This document shows, piece after piece, positions 40,416 to 51,794 of a DNA stretch of 64,000 bases (positions are counted from its first letter, which is position 1; each line of letters opens with the position of its first letter). The DNA is from Eledone cirrhosa (Eukaryota), in the NCBI GenBank assembly GCA_964016885.1, contig OZ024743.1:103106001-103170000 (forward strand). Reading direction: 5' to 3'. A program made the position numbers and the translations under genes. The notes beneath the pieces were generated by a model that was not told where the DNA came from, did no database searches, and was given only the letters and a program-made list of their open reading frames with translations.

Positions 40416-41122
40416 GTCTTGTACGATCAGTCATTTAACGACAATGAAACCATCTATGAATATATATATACTACACTTATATACAATAAACAAATGGATA
40501 GCCTCGTTATCGAAGAAAAATATTTTTTCTTAACGAAAAGATATTATATTTTTTCTATTTTCCTCGGCGAATATATCACCGTATTGCCAGTATATTCTGA
40601 GAACGTCAGACAACGCTGTTTCAAGATTTGTTAATATTTCGTCAGGCATGAAATAGACTTAGTCTATATAGAATTTTGCGTGATTATCACTTGCTGGAGA
40701 TGTTCATTTACATATAAGAAATAGAAAACATTGGCTGGAAATAGTCATTTGCATACCGTGCTGGTTATATCTAATTGGCGATAACACTAAGACAGCGTTA
40801 AAGCATTATAGCGGTGTATATGAAAACATATATAAACATATATCATACGCTCATATGCAATAAACATAGTAGTTGCCTCTCTGCCGAAGAAAATATTTGT
40901 TCATAACGCATATGACTATTTCTAGCCGATGTTTTCTATTTTATTAACCTCAAAAGAATGAAAGACAAAGTTGGTTTCCGCGGGATTTAAATTCAGATAT
41001 AAATATGTTGCTAAGCATTTGTCTAACGCTCAACCAACTCTGCTAATCCACCGCCTTGTGTTATTTATAATACCTTCAAATATTGTTGAATAACCCGTAA
41101 CTTCTCATTGGGTACTTGGTAA

Positions 41123-42350
41123 TCTTCTTCTTCTTCTTCTTCTTCTTCTTCTTCTTCTTCTTCTTCTTCTTCTTCTTCTTCTTCTTCTTCTTCTTCTTCT
41201 TCTCCCACTCATTCCAGCGGGTCCTGTCAGAAGCAACCGTCTCCAACTGATCCGGCTGGATCCCCAAGCGAGACCAGCCAAGCTCATGCATGTTATCCAG
41301 CCATCTTGCTCGCAGTCTATTCCTGCTTCTCTTGCCTGTTGGTTTTGCTCGTAAAATCTGTCCAGCAATTCTTTCCTGAGACATTCTAACCCCATGACCA
41401 TAGTATCGGAGCTGTGATCTCTCAATTTGGAGAAGTACTATCTCTACCTGGAATTGCTCGCTTATCTCGAAGTTACGCACTTTATCGAATAACGTTACTC
41501 CAAGAACTCTTCGGAAGAACCCCCATTTCAGTCGCTTGTATTCGCGATCGTATTCCTTCGGTTATTACCCAAAATTCATAACCATAGGTAAGGGTTGGCA
41601 CAAATACCGAATTGAAGAATTGAAGTTTGGCTTTTACGCCTACCTCCCTTGTCATTACTGAATGCTATAGCTGACGCATTACTACACCAGCCTTTGGCAT
41701 TCTAGCATTTAATTCAGCCTCCTGCCTTCTCGTGACCAAGGCTCCGAGATACTTGAACTTCTCTACCTCTTCATGTAGAGTGCACTGCGCAGCCTTCCCT
41801 GAGAGGGCGAGAGTCTCAGTTTTCGCAGCACTCGGCATCAAACCTACCCAGTGCAAGTTGAAGATCATCTGTCGAGTTGAGTAACACCATGTCACCTGCA
41901 ATTCCCAGCCGACTGATTTTACACCCGCCAATCATGAATCCACTTCCAACCCGGCTGCGCTTGTCAATCCTGTTCTTGTAAAATAATGAATAGGAGAGGT
42001 GACAGTAGGCACCCTTGAATGGTTTTGATTTAGCACCATTTATCCGAACATAAATACTCGGGCATTCATATAGAGACATCAGAGTAGTAAGAAGGTGACC
42101 CTCAATCCCATTCTCCTGCGCAACCTTCCACAACAGGACCTGAGGAACGCGGTCATATGCTTTCTCAAGTTCGACAAAAGAAGAATATACTTCTTGGCAA
42201 TACTCCCACAATTTCTCGAATACATGGAAAGCAGTGATTGGAAAGAATGGCGACCTCAATCTCAATACGAATGGAGAGGCCTTACTAGACCTCTTTTTTA
42301 GCAATGGACTATCTATTATGAACACCTTCTTCCAGCACAGAGACATCCAT
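41123..42350 (-). mobile_element. RTE LINE, 5'-truncated and degenerate, with (GAA)n tail
   Basis: FVELEKAYDRVP, EVEKFKYLG, IERSQLRYYGH..RM, KPTGKRSR. Confidence 0.85.
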
Positions 42351-42459
42351 AAATATACAAGGTATAAGGGGAATCAAGGACAGAGATCATTAATTCATTT
42401 TGTTATTTGGTAATCATCATCATCAGATACAAGTTTGCTGACTGTCTCTTTAGTGATAA

Positions 42460-44453
42460 CACTGGTCAACAACCAAAATGCTTCTTACATGTGAATATGT
42501 GCATCCTACTAATTTCATAGCACTAAATTCAGTTTTGATATTCATTTTTTGCTATCGGACCAGAATGCCTTAATATGAGATCGAAAATATGTTCCTCGTA
42601 TTGCATTATTTATCCATTGTGTAACATATGATGACTTAGATATAAACATATTAACTTATTAATAAAAATATATAAACATATTTTTATTTATTTTTTTAAC
42701 ACTGAGTATATTAACAAAACATTTCTGAACAACATTCTGAACATAACAAAATATTTCAAAACATTTCTAAAAATATTTCTGTATTTTGCTTTTACGCTTG
42801 TTTTGCTGGCTCTCCTCACGTTGCAGTGTCCAGCAGTAGTCGCCCATCATGTTGGGATTGAACCGACCCTGATACCTACTCTCCATTATGGCAATGTCCT
42901 GGTGAAACCTCTCTCCATGTTCATCACTGATGTCTCCTAGATTACTTGGGAAGAAATCCAGATGAGAATGGAAGAAATAAAGCTTCAACGACATTCTTGA
43001 ACCCATAGCGCGATAATTTTGTATCATGGTTTCAACAATTTCTTTATAGTTGTCTGCACGGTGGTTTCCAAGAAAGTTCTGTGTCACATCTACAAATGAT
43101 TTCCATGCATTAGTCTCCAAAGGGTTTAGTGTTTTCGTAAACTCACTATCATTAACCAGCATACGATTCTGAGGACCATTCAAAACCCCTGCTTTTAACT
43201 TTGCTTCAGATACCACTCTATCCGATTTCTTACACACGTACTGAAACCCATTACCCGTATGATCCATGCTTTTAATAAAGTTTTTGGCCAAGCCTAATTT
43301 GAGATGTAATGGAGGGAGGAATACTTTTTCTGGATCCACGAGAGGTTTGTACAGACAGTTGAATCTACCGGGTGAATCTTTTGGTCTTGTTGGCCAATCC
43401 TTCTTCATGTAGTGCTCCGCATCTGCTCTACTATTCCACAAACATAGAAAACACATATGCTTTGTGTAACCAGTCTGAAGACCTAGAAGTAGACTAATTA
43501 AGTTGTTTATGACGATGACGAGCGGTTGTAATGCGGACGCCAGGTTCCAGCAGGTTTCGCTGCTTCAGTCTTGATTCCAGGAGCTCTGCCTTTTCTTTAG
43601 ACAAATGTAGGTCTCTAATGAGATCGTGAAGAGCTTCCTGGTTAAATGGTTTGGGTTCACTTGTCTCATGTTCGTCTTGATAGTAATCATCAATAGGGGT
43701 GCTACTGGAATCAGAATCAGAGATTAGCTCGTGTTCAGCAGGTGGAACTGAAACAGGTAATTCGTCACTGTGAGGTACTGGTCGGATTGCTGACGAGATG
43801 TCGGGGTATTGAAGTGTAGTTTGTGTCTTCACAGTTATTCCTTGGATGTTTATATGGCAGAAGTAGCAATCGTTATTGTGGTCTTTTGGTTCTCGCCACA
43901 CCATTGGTACGGCAAATGACAAACCAGAGCTTCGTTTCCCATTCTTCCATTCACTTAGGTTATTAACACATGACTATACACTATATAAGGCGCCCATTTC
44001 TTGTCCTGGTCTCCTAATTGACATTTGAAGTAGCATTTGTAGTTTACTCGAACTGCTTTTGTGATTGGTTTATTTATGCTTTCTGGGGTAAAGAGTTCAC
44101 AAATATAGCAAAATCGGTCCGAGTCATTTACACATTTCCGGCGTTCTATCTCTCCCACTAGTCAAAGTTGTTGTGAATTATCCAAGAATAGCTGAGGATA
44201 GTTACAATTCTGTGATCTAAAACAAAAGTAGTAAGTGTAAATTAGTTAACAACTAAATATAGTGGATACAATTGGATGAAGTAATATGATCCACATAGCT
44301 ATGGGTCATAAACATTGATATGCTTGTTCTCGAAAACTAGACCCGATACAGCTTAACCGTTGTCATATTCAGATTCTGCACACTTGATTACCCTAGAATC
44401 ATACTAAATTATACCAGAACCATGAAATGAATATCTTTTTTGTTGACCAGTTG
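42460..44453 (-). mobile_element. Chapaev3-like (CMC superfamily) DNA transposon, internally deleted and frameshifted
   Basis: TIRs TAA|CACTGGTCAACAA ... TTGTTGACCAGT(T)G. Transposase motifs LGDQDKKWAP, FAVPMVWREPKDH..DCYFC, LPPLHLKLG, HSHLDFFP..LG..SDEHGERFHQDI..ME.RYQG..DYCW. Confidence 0.75.
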
Positions 44454-44601
44454 AATATGAACGTGGCCTGCGAATCGAAATCTCTTCCAGCCATTTCATG
44501 CATTGTATACAACTATTTAAAACAATAAATACAACCTATAATTCTACTATGCCTTACCTCACATCTAGATCAGTTAAATTTAATCTATTGACACGCCTAT
44601 A

Positions 44602-45366
44602 TCTATATATATAAAACAGAGGATGTCTGTGTGTCTGTTTCCCTAAAGCTCGAGAAGTACCCAACCGGTTTTTTCAAACTTTATATATGACCCCGGAAGT
44701 GTTTTGAGCAAAAAAAAATTCAAATTTTCAATGTCCTAGCATTAGGCGATTTAACGATCTCTTTCTCTTTCTCTTAGTCTTTCTCTTATTAGATAGATAC
44801 ATAGATATGACGTCGCGCCTTCATAATATCTGTCTGTATGCCTGATGTCTGCATTACGTCATTATGACGCGATCAGTGTGTGTGTGTATATATATTCTTA
44901 TGCCAGGGAACGTCTTCACGAACCAAAGTATCGTCTTCCTGTTTTCCAGATTGATTTTTTTAGTTTCAGAAGATCCCGTTAAGGTTGAAAGCAGCGATTC
45001 TTTGCTTAAACATTAATATGTTATTTTAATATAGATATTCGTGTACAGATATTTTTGCATACACAAAAACAAAATATAAACAAACAAGGCCAAAGATTAC
45101 ATCAATTAGTCTTAGTGTACTGCATACTGCTTTTAGGTAGAATATCCCGTTAAGGGTGAAAGCAATGATTCTTTGCTTAAACTTTAGTCTGTTATTTTAA
45201 TATATATATATATATAATTATATATTCATGGACAGATATTTTTGCATACACAATAACAAAATATAAACAAACGTATTTATTTCACGAGGTTCGATAAGGA
45301 TAAATATATATCAAATATATAAGAACCCTATAGCAAATCCCGAGCAACGCCGGGCCATTCTGCTAG
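44602..45366 (+). mobile_element. Non-autonomous Helitron
   Basis: A|TCTATATATATAAAAC ... CCCGAGCAACGCCGGGCCATTCTGCTAG|T; same 3' end as 35415-36865. Confidence 0.8.
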
Positions 45367-46690
45367 TGTTATATATTTACATATATAAGTATGAAAATAT
45401 TGAACAGTATTTTATGATGATCTATAAAATATATTATCTTCATATTTTTTTTTCAATGCAATCTGCTGCCACATGTCATTCAAATATATAAGTTTCATAT
45501 CACACAATACAACATTCGTTTTCTAGAGGGTGTGGTTAATTTAGCGGGTTCTGCTGTTCTCGGAGGCAACGTCTCCGCCATGTTGTCAACGTGGTGCAAC
45601 AGAGCTATACCACTTAATCAGAAGTATAGAGTATACCGCTCACTCTCAATTTTTTCCTTACATTCCCTTTATAATTTTGTGCTCTTTCTTTTTCTGTTTT
45701 TTTAAAAAATCCAATTGAAATGTTTTAATATTAATCCGGTAGATTCAATCACTGTATACTGCTTTATAACATTTTATATGCATACTGGGGGCACTTGTCC
45801 CTCATGGGTTAAGTGTCGTTTATGTATCTACATTTTCTGAGGAGATATAAATAAAAAAATAATTAAAATATAATTGATCCGAATCGATAGGTTTATAAAC
45901 CTCATTCGCTTACCATCTGATGTGAAACTCTTCAGATCGGACCAAGGAAACAATGCTTCCATTGCGAGCGTGTTGGCTTGTCTCAAAGTGTTCTGTTCAC
46001 CCATATGATGTGCAGCCGATTGTCGCACTTATTAGTGAATTGATTGTCGTTTTCGTTTTTGTGTTTGGTTTCCACTTTTTTCTTTGTCTCGCTCTGGTCA
46101 TGCGTTTTGGTGCGTTGTTTTGTGAGGTTCCTGGTGATGTTTGGTTGTATTTGTTCATATGCGTTTATATTTATGTTTATGAACGACATTATATTTGTAA
46201 TGTTATTCTGAAAGAATTGTGAACAATCTGTAATGTTATTTATGTATATAGATAATATCTAATAGCATTTCTCACTGTTCCTATTGCTAATACTACCGGC
46301 CGCAGCTCCTGGAAAAAAGGATCCTCCTCAATGACGTAATGCATCGCCCGGCCCGGGAATCGAAATTACAACCTCACAATTGTGAATCCAGCTCTCTAAC
46401 CACTAGGCCACGTATATATAATATATATATATATATATAATATATATATATATATATACACGTAAACGTACATACATATATACACACGTAAACACACACA
46501 CACGTAAACGTACATACAAAAATATACATACACACATCCTCACACACATATGCACACATATACACACACATACATATACATACATGCATCATAAAAAAAA
46601 AACGAAAAAAATACCCTTCGGACCTAACGGGTTACTTCAATTCCCGTATGACCCCCCCCCCCTCACAATGTAATATATATATATATATAT

Positions 46691-46774
<84 letters not shown>

Positions 46775-47640
46775 CTCTTCTTAAAAGCGATATATTCCAA
46801 TTGATTATTTCGGCATGATTATTATTAAGGAAATATTCGCTATTTAATGATAGTATTCTAGGGTGAAACCTAAAAACGATGTACTCTTTATAATGGTGTG
46901 ATATTGTATGATGGTGCTGATAATTATAAATTAATCAGATTGTACATGAAAGTCGATTTGACAGAGTCGTTAAAGCGTTGGATATTTGTTTCTTGTCTCT
47001 GAGGTCAAATCAAAGTTCTCTTTGCCTTTCAACCTTTCGGGATCAATAACCAAAGTACCAGCGCAATTCTGGTGCACCCTCTCTCTTTCCAGCTGTTACA
47101 CTCTGAATGTTCCGATAGATGAACGAAATCTGGGTCGAGAAAAAGCCTGTTTCTGCCTCCAAATGCATGAGTACCTAAAATCCTATCGCGAAAACATAGT
47201 ACATATTATCAAGTCACACATGAATTCGACAAATGTAGTTAAACATGTTCGTTTTACTTTGAAAGAAATTCCGTTATGGAGAGGTGAGTATTTACCTTAA
47301 TTGTAAGAATTCATTTTACGAAATATGACACAATGAATGCTGTTAAAAAGGTGTTCGTCGACGTGTTCAAAGATTTAGATTTAAATATGAAAGTAAATAC
47401 ATATCCAATATGTTATTTCTTATATATAACTCTAGATTTAGGTACTCGTAAATACTGTCCCTGTAGTAGATCTAACATGCAACTATGGTTTATAAATACA
47501 AATTTCAAGCATTATCCAATAATGTGTAGAAATGTGCTTGATATTATTAAGCGTATGTCTAGCTTATGGTTTGTCCAGGAAATCAGAATAAAGACTTATG
47601 TCGGGTATTAAAAGTATAGAAAATCATTAGATATATCAAT
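46775..47640 (+). pseudogene. Highly decayed PLE RT (Hydra-clade-like), interrupted by a SINE at ~46955-47070
   Basis: YDGADNYKLIRLYM resembles YDGAE.CELVGL. KKVFVDVFKDLDL...FLYITLDL..RKYCP..N....INTNFKHYP resembles FLDVT.NL..Y.PYRKPN..Y.N..SNHPP. Confidence 0.5.
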
Positions 47641-47983
47641 TGTTTTACGTAGTGCTTGTATCTGAAAAACGTAACAATCTTTAAGGTGTATATATATATA
47701 TATATATATATATATGCGAGAAAAACTAAAACTGCTCCATCTCAATTCTACTTTTGAAAAGCACAAGGACTGCGAAACCGGTAAATGAACCAAATAAATA
47801 TTTTTAAAAAGGACCCAGCTGCATTTTCGATTTCATCTTTTTTCCTTATACTTTCACTCGTGTAGGACATCTCGTATTTTTTCATTTTGTAAAAAAAACC
47901 TCATTTTCTAATATATATATGTCCCAAGGCTCTGATACCATCAACACTATAAACACAGAGCTGACATATCTAAGAACTGACTA

Positions 47984-48039
47984 ACTGCCTGATGAGGTCA
48001 TAGCCATTCAATGGCTATCATCGAAATATATATAGCAGT
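47984..48039 (+). ncRNA. Canonical-core type I hammerhead
   Basis: ACTGC-CTGATGA-GGTCATAGCCATT(C)AATGGCTATCATC-GAAA-TATATA-TA-GCAGT, then AATAAA. Confidence 0.85.
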
Positions 48040-48080
48040 AAATAAAGGATTATGAGTTCATGCAATTGACTTATGTTTCG

Positions 48081-48150
<70 letters not shown>

Positions 48151-48194
48151 GAAAGAAGAGTGACACGGTTTGCTATACAAAAAAGGTTTTTAAT

Positions 48195-48313
48195 CTCATT
48201 GCTGACAATTGTTTCTCTGAACTGGTAGGTCTAGAGATCGCTACCCGCTTATTTTCACGTTATTCGATCACCAATACAAAGTTATAACCAGTCAATTCAT
48301 CGGAGCTTGTGAG
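48195..48313 (-). ncRNA. Long-stem-II hammerhead variant (mirror copy)
   Basis: Reverse complement of 49904-50022. Confidence 0.55.
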
Positions 48314-48771
48314 AATGAAAAGAATATACAGGCATGGCTACTATATATAATAGTAATGGCATTCAATCAGAACAACAACAACAATACTAACAATGCTAGC
48401 AATAAATTATTTGAAATAATCACAACATCAATCTAGGTGGGAAGTATAGTATATTTACGATATTAGCGTGTAAAACTAGCTGACATGAGGCAGATGTATA
48501 AAATTGACATGTAAAAGCTGTCATGGGGGTGTATTATATCTAGTGTAAAGATAAGCCGGTGGCTTTAAACAATATAGGTCTGGTGGCCGTAAGACTCATT
48601 TATTATCTGATAGATGAAGAATGTATCACTGTAGTGAGGATAGTAATATTTGTGTGGTCTATATTAGATGAAAGGGTTGTCTAGTTTTCTCATCATCAAT
48701 AACATACATGTATAAGACAACATTAACAGAGTAGCAATATAATGGGCAAGTTAATACAGAGATTAAGGAGG

Positions 48772-48814
<43 letters not shown>

Positions 48815-49903
48815 CACACAAACATATATATATATATATACATACACACATATACATACATATAAAGAGAAAACATGCTACAGTGGGACATACCGGTTGA
48901 TACTGTATTTGGTGTTGTTGTCCTTAAGTTCCCTTAGTATCAACTCGTCGAGGTTGTCGGCCGCAAAGACCTACAGTACCGGTATGTCCCACTGTAGGCT
49001 ATGTGATCTCGAATTACTGTATATCCTTAGAAATGTAAAAAGGCTACTTAACAACAAGTTAGAAAGATCAATCTTCTGCAGACACAGGATCGCCACTAAA
49101 TTCGCAAGATTTAAACCTCCGTGAATCGAACCGACGTAACTTAGCTTTCAACTTAGGATACCCACTACACTGCACGAACCACCACAGAAATATAATCATT
49201 AAGTACATTCTAGCCTTCTTAGTTCTATACCACACTAATGTCTGTAAGTACATCATCAACCCATAAATATATCTCTTCTCAGCTGCTGTCAGCACATGAA
49301 CCTAAATCCAAGAACATTTCAAAATACTACGACAACAGAACTTTACCTTCCCCCTGTTATAATTATAGTCAGTATGTTTTCTCTTTATATGTATATGTGT
49401 GTATGTATATATATATGTGTTTGTGTATATGTATATATATATATTGCCTCCTTAACCTCTGTATTAACTTGCCCATTATATTGCTACTCTGTTAATGTTG
49501 TCTTATACATGTATGATATTGATGGTGAGAAAGCTAGACAACCCTTTCATCTAATATAGACCACACAAATATTACTATCCTCACTACAGTGATAAATTCT
49601 TCATCTGTCAGATAATAAATGAGTCTTACGGCCACCAGACCTATATTGTTTAAAGCCACCGGCTTATCTTTACACTAGATATAATACACGCCATGACAGC
49701 TTTTACATGTCAATTTTATACATCTGCCTCATGTCAGCTAGTTTTACACGCTAATATCGTAAATATACTATACTTCCCACCTAGATTGATGTTGTGATTA
49801 TTTCAAATAATTTATTGCTAGCATTGTTAGTATTGTTGTTATTGTTCTGATTGAATGCCATTACTACTATATATAGTAGCCATGCCTGTATATTCTTTTC
49901 ATT

Positions 49904-50022
49904 CTCACAAGCTCCGATGAATTGACTGGTTATAACTTTGTATTGGTGATCGAATAACGTGAAAATAAGCGGGTAGCGATCTCTAGACCTACCAGTTCAG
50001 AGAAACAATTGTCAGCAATGAG
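49904..50022 (+). ncRNA. Long-stem-II hammerhead variant (CCGATGA core)
   Basis: CTCA.caa.GCT-CCGATGA-A-TTGACTGGT[~60 nt]ACCAGTTCAG-A-GAAA-CAATTG-TC-AGC.aa.TGAG. Confidence 0.55.
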
Positions 50023-50242
50023 ATTAAAAACCTTTTTTGTATAGCAAACCGTGTCACTCTTCTTTCCTGATTTATCATTACTCCAAGTGTTTACAACATA
50101 GGAATTACAGCGTACTCGTAATATCACTATGGAAACGCCTTGTTGAGTCAAACTTAGCCAAACGTTGATATCATCCACTACCCGGAGTACCATAACTGGA
50201 CTACACTTAAGTGGACTACCTATAACAATAATTTGTTACCCC

Positions 50243-50302
<60 letters not shown>

Positions 50303-50374
50303 TGCATATATATATTAGAAAGTGAGGTTTCTTTACAAAATGAAAAAAAAACGAGGTGTCCTACACGAGTGAAA

Positions 50375-50416
<42 letters not shown>

Positions 50417-50737
50417 AATTTGGCTCTACATGGCTGATTACAATAAATGTAATCTGAGTTTTTCGAATATTTATAACATTCGATTCGTTTGCAATTTTGC
50501 AAACAAGCCTCAATTTTATAGCCATGTCAGAAGAATGAACACTTCATTCTTGCTCTTGTGTTGGCATGCGAACAGAACCGCAGACACTAATGTTTCTGGG
50601 TATCACCCTTCATCAGTACAGCTCACTGTTCACCTGCCAACTGTCAGAGCTAATATCGTCCCAGGATGATATTTGTTTTTGAAATGGGCATAATAAAATA
50701 CATGGAACTTTTTTAACGATCTTTTAATTTCTTCTTA

Positions 50738-51016
<279 letters not shown>

Positions 51017-51525
51017 ATATTACATGCATAGATACACACACATATACATTGAATTATATGAAGTTACTGATCTAGCAAATACAGCTGTGAATAGAATATT
51101 GATGTCTGTCATAGACACAATACCACACATTTAGAAGGGAATAAATACATTTGATGACATCGATTCTTCTGCTTGATCAGTCATTTATTTTATCGATCTG
51201 AGAAAGATGAAGGGTGAAATCAAAGCCGATAAGAAAAGTAAAGCAACAAAAGACACTATTGTGTCCAATACTCAGTCTCTTTTGTCAGTCCGACTACGGT
51301 GAAATGGTAGACTCATACGATCGTTAGATGAAATATCTCATATTATTTGTTCCGGCCTCCGGTACTCTCAGTTCAAATCCCGAACAATCTCGGGACTGAT
51401 AATATAAAGTAACAGTCGATGGAGGAAAACTGACACAGTTGTTAGAGTGGCTTGTAACATTTGTTCTGGCTCTTTATGTCCAATGTTCACATCCAGCTGT
51501 AAACTAGTTACCTTTGTGTTCAGGC

Positions 51526-51595
<70 letters not shown>

Positions 51596-51627
51596 ATAGG
51601 TGCACAGACGAGTTTACATACGGAGGC

Positions 51628-51715
51628 TTATCTGAGGATCTTTCGATCCCAGAGTCAGATTTGATCAGTAATAGATCGTTTCACGAACTGATCGATAGTG
51701 AAACATATGTAATAT
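51628..51715 (+). ncRNA. Long-stem-II hammerhead variant (solitary)
   Basis: TAT-CTGAGGA-T-CTTTCGATC[~40 nt]GATCGATAG-T-GAAA-CATATG-TA-ATA. Confidence 0.55.
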
Positions 51716-51794
51716 GTTATTAAATATGTTATGATTCAACACTGATTCTTTGTTCCTTTATTCCTTTGTTCGTATATTATATATATACGAGTTT

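Larger units (their letters stand above)
48147..50243. mobile_element. Head-to-head PLE 3'-end insertion (Hydra-clade-like) with ~700-bp inverted arms
   Basis: 48147-48877 is inverted relative to 49374-50070. The centre encodes CRLCDLE...LLNNKLE..IFCRHRIATKF; (TA)n on both sides. Confidence 0.75.
47716..50378. mobile_element. Outer head-to-head pLTR element whose internal (TA)n received the 48147-50243 insertion
   Basis: 47847-47921 is inverted relative to 50305-50378; HHR at 47984; (TA)n at both outer ends. Confidence 0.6.
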
